64,000 nt of DNA from a virus: the UHGV virus genome UHGV-0149956; one strand, 5' to 3'. Below, in pieces: positions 21,829 to 31,193 of this stretch (positions are counted from its first letter, which is position 1; every line of letters starts with the position of its first letter). Made by a program: the position numbers and the translations under genes. The notes under the pieces were generated by a model that was not told where the DNA came from, made no database searches, and was given only the letters and a program-made list of their open reading frames with translations.

Positions 21829-22508
21829 CAATTGACTATCAGGTACTGCGCGAGGCGGCGGAACAGGCAACGCAAGATGAATGGGTAGCATATATTTTGC
21901 CGGGGCAAAACGGCACTTATCCTGCGCATACGTCTGAGGGTAGGCATTGCGGATACTTTATTGACTGGCCTGGCATTGATGGACAGAGAAACGCTGGTGC
22001 CAATGCCCGTTATATCGCGGCTATCCCACCCAAAGTTGTGCTGGCTCTACTGGATGAAATTAAGCGCCTGGAGGACACAAATATTGATGCTATGTGTCGA
22101 ATTGCAGAGCTTGAGACTAATCTCGCGGCGCTGGTGGCGGAGAATGTGGGGCTAAAGGCGATATGTGATGACCGTCGCAGGTTCATCATGAATGGGGTGC
22201 AGATGGGTTATATCAAGGTGCCAGCAGCGGAAACAGATCCAGACCTTGAGACAATTCGCATTGCTATATCACCACAAAAGCCCATTCCAGCCACTGATGC
22301 TTTCCTGTCTGAAGTGCGGGCGCAGGGGGTGGATGCTGCTATAGAAGCTGCAAAAAATCTGGTGGTCCAAGAATATGAGTATAAGGATTTCAAAGCGGCG
22401 CAGAGTGATTGCTGTATGCACCCTGGTTCAGACCTGGTAGGGAAGGTTGAAATGACTGAGTGGTTAGTTGACTTTGCTGCCCAGCTTCGCAAAGGAGGCA
22501 ACCAGTGA
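21825..22508 (+). CDS. hypothetical protein, paralogue family 1
   Basis: ATGA overlap; shares YQ.LREAAE and IVLALLDE segments with the next ORF. Confidence 0.45.
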   Translation: MTIDYQVLREAAEQATQDEWVAYILPGQNGTYPAHTSEGRHCGYFIDWPGIDGQRNAGANARYIAAIPPKVVLALLDEIKRLEDTNIDAMCRIAELETNLAALVAENVGLKAICDDRRRFIMNGVQMGYIKVPAAETDPDLETIRIAISPQKPIPATDAFLSEVRAQGVDAAIEAAKNLVVQEYEYKDFKAAQSDCCMHPGSDLVGKVEMTEWLVDFAAQLRKGGNQ

Positions 22509-23101
22509 GCGAAATTAATTACCAGGCACTGCGTGAGGCAGCACAGAACGCGAAAGATTTAGGTGAGATTAAGAATTACAAGCGAGGTGAGCAAGCTGTT
22601 GCCGAATTTGAGTCCTTAATAACGCCACGCATTGTGCTGGCGCTTCTGGATGAACGGGAAAGAAACCAGCAATACATCAAACGTCGCGACCAGGAGAACG
22701 AGGATATTGCGCTAACGGTAGGGAAACTGTTAATCGAAAACGGTCAGCTTGTTGCCGATACGCTACGCCACTTAGCTGATAACGAAATCGACTCTGATTA
22801 TTTTGCTATCACCTCAACGAATGAGAACGGTACTGAAATTGATCATGAGATGGCTATTACCGATTACGCACTGCAAGCTGCCGGAACTGTAGACGAATTG
22901 GTTGCAGCGCTGGAATCCGCAGAGAAGCGCATAGCAGAACTGTCTGCTAGCCACAGCAAATTGCGCGACACAATGGCTGGCATCCACAACACAATCCGAA
23001 TGGATGGCGGATATACGCCACTGACAGCAATCCTTAACGCTGCTAAACGCGCATATGAAGAATCAGCAAGCGCAGCTGGCATTCGCATCAAAGGAGAGTG
23101 A
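22505..23101 (+). CDS. hypothetical protein, paralogue family 1
   Basis: GTGA overlap; INYQALREAAQ and ITPRIVLALLDERER parallel the preceding gene. Confidence 0.45.
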   Translation: MSEINYQALREAAQNAKDLGEIKNYKRGEQAVAEFESLITPRIVLALLDERERNQQYIKRRDQENEDIALTVGKLLIENGQLVADTLRHLADNEIDSDYFAITSTNENGTEIDHEMAITDYALQAAGTVDELVAALESAEKRIAELSASHSKLRDTMAGIHNTIRMDGGYTPLTAILNAAKRAYEESASAAGIRIKGE

Positions 23102-23102
23102 T

Positions 23103-23618
23103 ATGGCGTTAACACACCGCGAACTCTGTCAGATTGCGTACAAGTTCCTTAAGCGCAACGGGTTCAAGGTTTGTTTTCATGACCGCTTTATAGCTGTAAC
23201 CAGTACCGGAGAACAGCCAGATGCTATGGGATTCAGAAATTCAGCATCATGCCTGATAGAGGCGAAATGTTCTCGTGCTGACTTGTTGGCAGATAGAAAA
23301 AAGCGTTTTCGTAAAAATCCGTCTCTTGGAATGGGAGACTGGCGATTCTTTATTAGTGAGCCGGGAATTATTTCAATTGAGGATTTACCACCTGGCTGGG
23401 GATTACTTCACGTTGTTAACGGAAGAGTACGGAAAGTACATGGGTGGCCCAAGGGTAATTGCTGTTGGGGTAATCCTGACGATAAGCCATTTACTGGAAA
23501 TAAGCAGGTTGAATGCGATTACATGTTATCTGCATTAAGGCGCATGGAGTTGAGAGGGCACCTTAATGAAATATATGACGGTGTAATTGTTAATAAGAAA
23601 GAAGGAAACGCGGCATGA
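23103..23618 (+). CDS. PD-(D/E)xK nuclease-like protein
   Basis: GEQPDAMGF...CLIEAKCSRAD fits a D...E-x-K restriction-endonuclease-like core. Confidence 0.4.
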   Translation: MALTHRELCQIAYKFLKRNGFKVCFHDRFIAVTSTGEQPDAMGFRNSASCLIEAKCSRADLLADRKKRFRKNPSLGMGDWRFFISEPGIISIEDLPPGWGLLHVVNGRVRKVHGWPKGNCCWGNPDDKPFTGNKQVECDYMLSALRRMELRGHLNEIYDGVIVNKKEGNAA

Positions 23619-24001
23619 TCACTATTACCAAAGAGCGACTGCTGACAATCAAGCAGTGGCGCGAAACATACGGACCGGGTAGCAACGTTGTACTGCCAGC
23701 AGAAGAAGCGGAAGAACTGGCACGAATTGCTCTGGCATCGCTGGAAGCAAAACCAATAGGTGCATTCCACATTGCAGAACAGCAAGTTGACGGCACAAGT
23801 GACTACATCAAGGATGGGGAGTGGCCTATTGATAATGGAATTATTGAGGTCTACGCCGCTCCCCCCGTTCCAGTAGTACCGGAAGAAAAACCAATGCCTA
23901 ATCCTCTTAGCATGTACGCGGTTGATGCTGTTGCCGCTATTGCAGAGGTAAGAGGCTGGAATGCCTGCCGCGCGGCTATGCTTCATGGGAAAGGAAAGTG
24001 A
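23615..24001 (+). CDS. hypothetical protein, paralogue family 2
   Basis: ARIALASLEAKPIGAF and VYAAPPVPVVPEE segments recur in the ORF at 24434. Confidence 0.45.
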   Translation: MITITKERLLTIKQWRETYGPGSNVVLPAEEAEELARIALASLEAKPIGAFHIAEQQVDGTSDYIKDGEWPIDNGIIEVYAAPPVPVVPEEKPMPNPLSMYAVDAVAAIAEVRGWNACRAAMLHGKGK

Positions 24002-24002
24002 T

Positions 24003-24224
24003 ATGGCTAACTCATTACTTGAAACCTGCAACAACTGGCAGATTCAGAGGGCGGAGATTTTATCTCGCAATCCAGATATGGCAATGACAATTGATAATCT
24101 GGACACGCTAATTGAACGGACCGTGCGTTCTGCAATTGATATAGCACATCGAGTGGATTGGGATTTCAGAGAAGCGGAGCGGCTTGCTAAAGAGCAGGAG
24201 AAAGCAGCGGGTAAAGGAGACTGA
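24003..24224 (+). CDS. hypothetical small protein
   Basis: ATG 24003 with GGAAAGGAAAG RBS; 73 aa. Confidence 0.35.
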   Translation: MANSLLETCNNWQIQRAEILSRNPDMAMTIDNLDTLIERTVRSAIDIAHRVDWDFREAERLAKEQEKAAGKGD

Positions 24225-24225
24225 T

Positions 24226-24423
24226 ATGGATAAAAACACCACTGCTTACTGGAATCTGTCACTTGATACCGAATGCCCAAAATGCGGTCACAATTTCGAT
24301 CTGCTTTGTGATCCAGATTTCTGGGAATTTTCTGGAGCAAAACAGGCATGTGAAGAAATAAAAGGTTACGAAACATGCTGTCCAGAATGTAACCATGAAT
24401 TTAAAACAGATTTTGTGTATTGA
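24226..24423 (+). CDS. zinc-ribbon small protein
   Basis: CPKCGHNF...CCPECNHEF double CxxC; AAGGAG RBS. Confidence 0.45.
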   Translation: MDKNTTAYWNLSLDTECPKCGHNFDLLCDPDFWEFSGAKQACEEIKGYETCCPECNHEFKTDFVY

Positions 24424-24433
24424 GGCATAACGA

Positions 24434-25705
24434 ATGACCACTTTTACTAAAGAACAATTAATAGAGATGATTAAGCGCAATATAACGATTATGGATCGTT
24501 ATCCTGATTTAGTAACTGCACAAATGGATCTGGAAGTATACAAAATTGCGCTGGCATCACTGGAAGCAGAACCAGTTGCTTATATTTTCAAACATCCGGC
24601 CGGGAAATTATTCTGGGCTTTAACGGATGAAAGCAATAAAGAGCAAGCGGACGTTATTCCTGTTTATGCTGCCGCGCCTGCGTCGGTTGTGCCGGATAAT
24701 GCATCAGAGCCTCTTGCTTATGCTTACAAAGAGCTTACGCCTGAGATTATGCGCAACCATTTAGCTGTATTCGAGCGATATGGAATAGCCCCAAACGATA
24801 GCTCTACCACAATTCAGGCACTGCGAATCGCGCTGGATGGTATAGAGCGGAGCGACGCCATGCTTCAGTCCGGAAACTTTCGGAAAAACAAGAATTCGTC
24901 AACCAATAATTTTCGGGAAATCGCGGAAACGTCAACCAACTATCCGGTAATTCCTAGTGAGGTGTTGTCCGCAATCCTGAAGGTTGCCAAGATTCGTGCC
25001 GATTTCGATGATTTTGACGGTGACAGGCGAGGTATCGATGATTGTCTGGATGAGGCTGAGCAAGAGCTTATCGTTACCATTAACAAATATGCCAGTCAGT
25101 TGGCAGCAGAACCGATAGCGACTAATGACGTTCGAGAGCAAACAGCCGTTCCGCCAGTTCCGGTAATACAGGCTGATGTCGCGCAGGCAATTGAAAAACT
25201 CAAACGGAAATTAGTGGAATGCAATCGCTATAACTACTGCGCAGATGCAGTTAAAGGCGTTGAGGATGCCTGCCGTGCTGTTAGCTATAGCCATGCCGAC
25301 AATCAACCAGCATCTGGCAACCAGGCAGCCGAATCCAATCGCGGTAATGAGTGGACCGGCAATCCTGATATTGATAACGCCATCATCATGCTCGATCGCA
25401 TAGATACGCTGGAAAGTTGCGATGATGACCGTATTGAGGCTGTTAAGGCTGTTTTGCGTAGACTAGCTGGCAACTCTCCGGTAACTCCGGATGGTTGGAT
25501 AAGCTGTAGTGAGCGAATGCCGGATACCAAAACAGCCGTTCTTGTTGCCGTGGAGTTTGACAGGAAAGGTGACTGGCGAATGAAATGGGCTACTTACATC
25601 CCGGGGCATCCTGACGCTAATGATGGGTGGATAATTCCTGGTGCGTCGTGGAAACCGTCACACTGGATGCCGCTACCAGAACCGCCGCAGGAGGTGAATC
25701 AATGA
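24434..25705 (+). CDS. hypothetical protein, paralogue family 2 (long form)
   Basis: 423 aa; N-terminal YKIALASLEAEPVAYIF and PVYAAAPASVVPD parallel the ORF at 23615. Confidence 0.5.
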   Translation: MTTFTKEQLIEMIKRNITIMDRYPDLVTAQMDLEVYKIALASLEAEPVAYIFKHPAGKLFWALTDESNKEQADVIPVYAAAPASVVPDNASEPLAYAYKELTPEIMRNHLAVFERYGIAPNDSSTTIQALRIALDGIERSDAMLQSGNFRKNKNSSTNNFREIAETSTNYPVIPSEVLSAILKVAKIRADFDDFDGDRRGIDDCLDEAEQELIVTINKYASQLAAEPIATNDVREQTAVPPVPVIQADVAQAIEKLKRKLVECNRYNYCADAVKGVEDACRAVSYSHADNQPASGNQAAESNRGNEWTGNPDIDNAIIMLDRIDTLESCDDDRIEAVKAVLRRLAGNSPVTPDGWISCSERMPDTKTAVLVAVEFDRKGDWRMKWATYIPGHPDANDGWIIPGASWKPSHWMPLPEPPQEVNQ

Positions 25706-25785
25706 GCTGGCCTGAAGCATTCACCACGGTAGGAATTGTGATGGCGGCAGCACTGGGTTTGTATTCAATTTGTCGCTGGTGGTAA
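25702..25785 (+). CDS. candidate small hydrophobic peptide (27 aa)
   Basis: MSWPEAFTTVGIVMAAALGLYSICRWW; ATGA overlap with upstream stop and AGGAGGTG RBS. Confidence 0.3.
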   Translation: MSWPEAFTTVGIVMAAALGLYSICRWW

Positions 25786-25787
25786 CG

Positions 25788-26021
25788 ATGGGAAAAATAA
25801 CTTTTGTAGTCGAATTTGAGGATGGTAAAGAGCCACCTGTTAGCGCCAATCTTGATGTTGCTGGTGGCAGGCTTGTTTCGGTTCTATTTGGTGACTACCG
25901 AGATGATTTCTTCCAACCAGAAGAAGTTGATGTGGTGCGAGAGGCATTAAACGAGTTAAGTGTTGATAACGATGATGCTCATGCGGAAATCATCCAAAAA
26001 ATGGAGCTGCTAACTCACTAA
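25788..26021 (+). CDS. hypothetical small protein
   Basis: 77-aa ORF. Confidence 0.3.
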   Translation: MGKITFVVEFEDGKEPPVSANLDVAGGRLVSVLFGDYRDDFFQPEEVDVVREALNELSVDNDDAHAEIIQKMELLTH

Positions 26022-26069
26022 ATTATCAATTATGGTGCTATCACCTACGACACCGAGAGAAAATTTATA

Positions 26070-26492
26070 ATGTCAAAAGTAAATGTTTTGATTTTTCAGC
26101 AATTGTTGGCTTTGGTTTTACTGCCGGAGTGCAGATTTATATTACGTGGGAAAAAATCATCAACTACGCATGGAGTTGTTTTATTAAGTGAGGTAAGTAT
26201 GTGGAGAGGTAATAGTCATGGCAAAAGCCAGATGATACTTACCGAATATCAGCTCGACCACAAAACCAATAAATCACGTTCAGTATATTTGCTTCGCCAC
26301 AATAGCCGCGTAAGGAATACCGTACTGGAGCAAAATCTGACCGTTGAAATGGATAATTACGGGGGCTTCAAGCCAACAATATCGCTTGATGATTTTCCTC
26401 GTGGTTTAAGCGAAAGAGAAGCAATGCTGAAATTAGCAGAATGGCTACAAAGATTAAGCATTGCTATTGAAGATAACTGGTCTGAACCTTAA
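26070..26492 (+). CDS. hypothetical protein in low-GC module
   Basis: 140-aa ORF in a visibly AT-rich stretch. Confidence 0.4.
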   Translation: MSKVNVLIFQQLLALVLLPECRFILRGKKSSTTHGVVLLSEVSMWRGNSHGKSQMILTEYQLDHKTNKSRSVYLLRHNSRVRNTVLEQNLTVEMDNYGGFKPTISLDDFPRGLSEREAMLKLAEWLQRLSIAIEDNWSEP

Positions 26493-26498
26493 ATTAAT

Positions 26499-26873
26499 AT
26501 GATGACACTAAAACATTTTCTTGACCGCCCATTATGGGCGGCAGCCGCAGGCTATGACTTTAATTATATGGATTGCATGTCTTATACTGCCAATGCATAC
26601 GACCATTCGTTCAGCCTGCTGTTTAATTCTTTAAGAATATTGCCGGAAACAGAAGTTGGAGAGCTTCATTTATGGATATTGGGCTTTATCGCGGCTGTCG
26701 TTGGTATTGCTGTATGGCCTTTTATTTTCTGGCTGGTGGCTGTTGTAGTGTGGTTTAAGTGCAAGACATACCGGAGAAAGTATTTCTTAGGTGATGGAAT
26801 GACTGATATTGCCAAAATGAACATTGAAAAATGGACTAAGGAATGTGAAAAGAAATGGCGCAAAAAGAAATGA
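26499..26873 (+). CDS. membrane protein in low-GC module
   Basis: 124 aa; long hydrophobic span LWILGFIAAVVGIAVWPFIFWLVAVVVWF then K/R-rich tail. Confidence 0.45.
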   Translation: MMTLKHFLDRPLWAAAAGYDFNYMDCMSYTANAYDHSFSLLFNSLRILPETEVGELHLWILGFIAAVVGIAVWPFIFWLVAVVVWFKCKTYRRKYFLGDGMTDIAKMNIEKWTKECEKKWRKKK

Positions 26874-27793
26874 CCAGAATCACTGAAGAGCGTATATCAG
26901 AGATTATTTCCCGTATCGAAATGTATGGTCACGGTGCTGGATATACGGCAGATGAAGTATTGGCACTTGCCCAAATGGCTTTGGCGGCTTGCAAAGATGA
27001 TAAAAAAATGAAGCTTATCGACTTGTTAGTGAAGGAGCTGCCTAAGTGCGGCGGGTGGCCTGATGGAATGAGTTATTGTTACCTACCCAGTGTCAATTTA
27101 ATGGCACCATGCGCGACTTTTGCTTTTGGCTCAGACCACAAAAAAGACACTTTCTTTGGGCGCAATTTTTGTTGTGAGATTGAGCTTCCAATTGGTGACC
27201 TTGATAGCGATGAATACCAGTCAGTTGTCACTCGCGAACAATACGAATCAGCTCTCATAGCGTCGCAGAAAGTCGAGTTCAATGGTGATGAACCTGAAAG
27301 TAAGACTTACAGGTTGGATTTTGGGCAATGGCTGGAACAGCAACGCGGAAAGATCGATGTGGACTGTGGTTGTGTGTCCACTGAAACATTCATGCACTGG
27401 CTGCGGGTAGCTTACGAGGCTGGCAACTATCCGGATATTCCGGATAGTTCGGTGTCAGCGCCAGGAAAGGGCGTCACCGGTGGACGTATCCGCATTAAGC
27501 CGCATGTTTATCGCGAACTGGTTAACCGTCTCCACGATACAGCGATCAAGTGTGCTGGCACCCAGCAATTACGAGAAAGAATTAGCCGTGTTTTGGGCGA
27601 CGTTATTACGCCAGATCATCATAAACAAGCCGAGAAAAGTGGCTTGGAAAGGTGTCACCTTGAGGCGGCATTAAACATTAAGCCGGGGCATACGCTTGGC
27701 ATTATTGATGCACTATTGGTTCATAAGATGGCCAGGGCTTTATTGCCGCTGGTGGCTGAAAAGCATGAGGCGGACCATGCCAACGAAAGCTGA
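26855..27793 (+). CDS. hypothetical protein
   Basis: 312-aa ORF overlapping upstream gene end. Confidence 0.45.
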   Translation: MAQKEMTRITEERISEIISRIEMYGHGAGYTADEVLALAQMALAACKDDKKMKLIDLLVKELPKCGGWPDGMSYCYLPSVNLMAPCATFAFGSDHKKDTFFGRNFCCEIELPIGDLDSDEYQSVVTREQYESALIASQKVEFNGDEPESKTYRLDFGQWLEQQRGKIDVDCGCVSTETFMHWLRVAYEAGNYPDIPDSSVSAPGKGVTGGRIRIKPHVYRELVNRLHDTAIKCAGTQQLRERISRVLGDVITPDHHKQAEKSGLERCHLEAALNIKPGHTLGIIDALLVHKMARALLPLVAEKHEADHANES

Positions 27794-28061
27794 GTTACAG
27801 GCGCGCATAGAGATTCTTGAAAAAGAGAATGCGAGTCTAAAAGGAATGCTGGCGCGGGCGGAAAGGGAATTATCAGGCAAATTATTGCCAGAAGAGCTGC
27901 CACCAGCAGATATACCTGATCGAGTGTCCTGGTGGATGAAGTATTTCCGTGCACCGTGGGAGGCGTTTTGGTGCTACGACCATCGCAGATGGTGTGATGA
28001 GCTTGATAGCAGTTTCCCCTATTTTGCGGAAGGGAACTCTTGCCCTGAATGTAGGAGTTAA
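27777..28061 (+). CDS. zinc-ribbon small protein, paralogue family 3
   Basis: C-terminus WMKYFRAPWEAFWCYDHRRWCDELDSSFPYFAEGNSCPECR parallels the next ORF. Confidence 0.45.
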   Translation: MPTKAELQARIEILEKENASLKGMLARAERELSGKLLPEELPPADIPDRVSWWMKYFRAPWEAFWCYDHRRWCDELDSSFPYFAEGNSCPECRS

Positions 28062-28366
28062 TGATGACCGGCGAGCTTTATTTTAAAATGGCACGGGAGC
28101 GGCGTGTGCATCTGGATCGGATATTTCATCTCCAGAAGAGAGTAGAAGAACTGGAACGTCGTCTGAACTGTTATCCTGTTGATATGGTGTCTGCAATACC
28201 GCCGATTCCAATAGAAATGCAGATCCGCCTATGGATGGAAGAATATGGAATGCCGTGGGAGATATTTTTCTGCTTCGACCATAAACAGTGGGTAGATGAG
28301 CTGGATAATAGTTTCCCATATTTCACAGAGAACACATGCCCAGTATGCAGGAAGAACGGAATATGA
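28061..28366 (+). CDS. zinc-ribbon small protein, paralogue family 3
   Basis: WMEEYGMPWEIFFCFDHKQWVDELDNSFPYFTENTCPVCR. Confidence 0.45.
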   Translation: MMTGELYFKMARERRVHLDRIFHLQKRVEELERRLNCYPVDMVSAIPPIPIEMQIRLWMEEYGMPWEIFFCFDHKQWVDELDNSFPYFTENTCPVCRKNGI

Positions 28367-28887
28367 CAAAATTTGGAAAGCTGGAAGCTCATTTGCTAAC
28401 TCGTAACTACCGCCATGATATACACCCATATAGACAGTGGATCGATGAAAGCGAAGGAGTAGTTACATTCCCTCTATACAGGTTTGATGGGATGTTGGCT
28501 GGGTATCAGACATATAGACCAGGTGCTCATAAGCAGCATAGCAATCCGAAGATGGCCCGGTATTTCACGCGATCACACGGCAGACAGTTACTTTGGGGAA
28601 CCTATCTTCCTTTAAAAGATGGCCCAATATGGATAACTGAGTCTATTTTTAAGAGCGCAGCTGTACACAACGCGGGCGGCAATTCGTGGGCGCTGTTAGG
28701 TTCGACTTTCTCCGCAGGATTACGCCGTCAACTTGCGATGCTGCCGTATGACTTTCGTGTAATAGGTGACAATGATGCGGCTGGTGAATTACTTGTGAAG
28801 TCTTTCGGAAAAGGTTTTGTGGCCCCGGATCTTGACGAGCTACAACCACATGAAGTGTCTCATTTGATTTTTAGCCATAGCCAATAA
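28363..28887 (+). CDS. Toprim-domain protein
   Basis: WITESIF (conserved Glu) and VIGDNDAAGE (DxD) form a Toprim signature; ATGA overlap with upstream stop. Confidence 0.45.
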   Translation: MTKFGKLEAHLLTRNYRHDIHPYRQWIDESEGVVTFPLYRFDGMLAGYQTYRPGAHKQHSNPKMARYFTRSHGRQLLWGTYLPLKDGPIWITESIFKSAAVHNAGGNSWALLGSTFSAGLRRQLAMLPYDFRVIGDNDAAGELLVKSFGKGFVAPDLDELQPHEVSHLIFSHSQ

Positions 28888-28903
28888 GCATCTCTCCCCT
28901 TTG

Positions 28904-28922
28904 AGGCCACAACTAGTGGCCT
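28904..28922. terminator. hairpin at convergent gene junction
   Basis: AGGCCAC-AACTA-GTGGCCT perfect 7-bp stem between the end of the plus-strand operon and minus-strand genes. Confidence 0.4.
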
Positions 28923-29009
28923 TAAACAATTTGTTTTCTACGTTTTCTTATTTGAGAAAATCACGTTGTTGGCAGCTCATAGGCTCGTTGTTATACATGG
29001 CTGTATAGA

Positions 29010-29366
29010 TTATGAGCGTAAATTATTAGCGGATTTTAAGCCATATTCACCGTTGTAGAAATTACTCATGTTCCATTCATTGGGAAGCTCTTTTCTGTCC
29101 AATGTATAGTGGCGCACGATATAACGATCTTCATCTTCTTCGATGGACAGGCGGACATAGCCAATGTGGATCACCGATACGGGCGGTGTTCGTATTGCAT
29201 AGATGTCGCGGAGATATACCGGTAGCTCGACAAATGCATCAGGTGCATCTGTGATGCTCGTTTTTTCACAGTATTCATATAACGCATCGTTGATATCGTT
29301 AAGAGATTCATGATCGTATATTTCCAGGTAATTACCGCGATCGCGATGGTACTCGATTTTAGCCAT
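29010..29366 (-). CDS. hypothetical protein
   Basis: 118-aa ORF, last gene of the divergent minus-strand pair. Confidence 0.4.
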   Translation of the reverse strand: MAKIEYHRDRGNYLEIYDHESLNDINDALYEYCEKTSITDAPDAFVELPVYLRDIYAIRTPPVSVIHIGYVRLSIEEDEDRYIVRHYTLDRKELPNEWNMSNFYNGEYGLKSANNLRS

Positions 29367-29951
29367 TCAAAATCCCCTGTTATCGTTTTGCATTTCTCTA
29401 ATCCGGTTCAGAACTACTTCATGCTGGGCTTGGATAGCGGCTTTTTCGTTTTCAAGTCGGGCAATAGACATCTCTAATTCTTTGCTGTACCAGGCGAGTT
29501 GGGCCAGGTTCATCCGGTTGTGGTCGAGAGTTGGAGACACTTCGACGCGATCCCTTTCTTCCTGCTTTAATGAGAAGAGATTCATCTCATCCCTAGAGGA
29601 AAATTCAGCAACAATTTCTTGTTGATGATCCGGTCGCTGCGGCATCCTCGCCAGTATAAATGGCGGTTCTTTTGAAAACATGAATGTCGGTTCAGACCGT
29701 GTTTTTACCCAGCTTGCCTGCTGTCTTTCGGCAAGTTCACAGGCTTCATCATAGTTATCTGCCAAACAAAGCACGGATGGACGGTCCCACGCCCCACCAT
29801 TCAGACAATAAACTACAATTTTCCCGTCAGGTTGTGTAACCCCATATGGATGGTCCCACCAGGCGTCCAGCTGAGCTTTAGAGCGTTTCTCGTTAGGAGT
29901 GCAGTCAAAATTTTTGGGCAATACAGGAGCGAGAGGAATGCGATTAGGCAT
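29367..29951 (-). CDS. hypothetical protein divergent from humD, candidate LexA-regulated gene
   Basis: 194-aa ORF; shares the LexA-box intergenic region with humD; position matches P1 lxr as I recall it. Confidence 0.45.
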   Translation of the reverse strand: MPNRIPLAPVLPKNFDCTPNEKRSKAQLDAWWDHPYGVTQPDGKIVVYCLNGGAWDRPSVLCLADNYDEACELAERQQASWVKTRSEPTFMFSKEPPFILARMPQRPDHQQEIVAEFSSRDEMNLFSLKQEERDRVEVSPTLDHNRMNLAQLAWYSKELEMSIARLENEKAAIQAQHEVVLNRIREMQNDNRGF

Positions 29952-30086
29952 AGCTAATTCCTTATTAACTGATTGGCAACGAGGTTACGCTGATCCGTTG
30001 GTGATGAATAGTAGCAAAGAGCACAAAATCATCAGCGGTGGTTGATGTACGTAACGCGTTTGCACCAAAGGTGTCTCTTTAATGTA

Positions 30087-30106
30087 TACTGTATAAATGA
30101 ACAGTA
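30087..30106. promoter_or_regulatory. LexA (SOS) box
   Basis: TACTGTATAAATGAACAGTA, a perfect CTGT-N8-ACAG palindrome, 20 nt upstream of humD. Confidence 0.75.
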
Positions 30107-30125
30107 TTATTGAGGTGAAAACGCT

Positions 30126-30515
30126 ATGGGCTTCCCTTCTCCTGCGGCGGATTATGTTGAAAGCCGAATTTCTCTTGATCAGCAACTAATCAGGCATCCA
30201 TCAGCAACCTACTTCATGCGGGCAGCTGATAGCCATCACCGTGAGGGAATATTGCAGGGTGCTTTGCTGGTGGTTGATTCCTCGCTTACTCCGGTTGATG
30301 GTTCTCTGCTTGTGTGCGCTATGGAGGGTGAATATCGCATAAAGAGATACAGGAAGTATCCGCGCCAGCACCTGGAGGATTTAAGCACCGGGAAGAAAGA
30401 GGCGTTACCAGTAGATGACGATGGATACACGGGCAGTAATGCTGTTTTTGGTGTGATCACTCATGTCATCAATGATGCCCGAAGTGGGGAATTTGATGAT
30501 TGTCCGGTTATTTAA
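30126..30515 (+). CDS. humD: UmuD-prime-like translesion synthesis accessory protein
   Basis: Starts GFPSPAADYVE, exactly at the UmuD self-cleavage site; retains the Ser (AADSH) and Lys (EYRIKRY) dyad positions. Confidence 0.85.
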   Translation: MGFPSPAADYVESRISLDQQLIRHPSATYFMRAADSHHREGILQGALLVVDSSLTPVDGSLLVCAMEGEYRIKRYRKYPRQHLEDLSTGKKEALPVDDDGYTGSNAVFGVITHVINDARSGEFDDCPVI

Positions 30516-30587
30516 GCTGCAAAGTGCTGGTGCTTTATGCCTGTGAAGTTTATAATTGTGTACACATAACGAGTACACGAGGTGTTT

Positions 30588-30809
30588 ATGCAATCCATTA
30601 ACTTCCGTACCGCGCGTGGCAACCTTTCTGAAGTGCTCAACAATGTTGAAGCCGGGGAAGAGGTTGAAATCACCCGCAGAGGCCGTGAGCCAGCAGTAAT
30701 TGTCAGCAAGGCTACTTTCGAAGCCTACAAAAAAGCGGCGCTGGATGCTGAATTTGCATCCCTGTTTGACACCCTGGACTCCACCAACAAGGAACTGGTT
30801 AACCGATAA
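30588..30809 (+). CDS. phd: antitoxin Phd
   Basis: 73 aa [39 protein letters not shown]; GAGGTG RBS; stop overlaps doc start. Confidence 0.9.
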
Positions 30810-31189
30810 TGAGGCATATATCACCGGAAGAACTTATTGCGCTTCATGATGCGAATATAAGCCGCTACGGCGGCCTGCCGGGAATGTCAGATCCGGGTAG
30901 GGCAGAGGCCATTATCGGGAGAGTTCAGGCCAGAGTTGCCTACGAAGAGATCACCGACCTTTTCGAAGTCTCCGCCACCTACCTGGTGGCTACAGCGAGA
31001 GGGCATATATTCAATGATGCCAATAAGCGTACCGCGCTAAACAGTGCGCTGCTATTTCTACGCCGTAACGGGGTGCAGGTATTTGATTCACCTGAACTGG
31101 CAGACCTTACTGTAGGCGCTGCGACTGGCGAGATATCTGTATCTTCTGTCGCCGACACGTTACGTAGATTGTATGGTTCTGCGGAGTAG
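30809..31189 (+). CDS. doc: toxin Doc (Fic-fold kinase)
   Basis: 126 aa; Fic-like [10 protein letters not shown] motif; TAATG overlap with phd. Confidence 0.9.
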
Positions 31190-31193
31190 ATTA

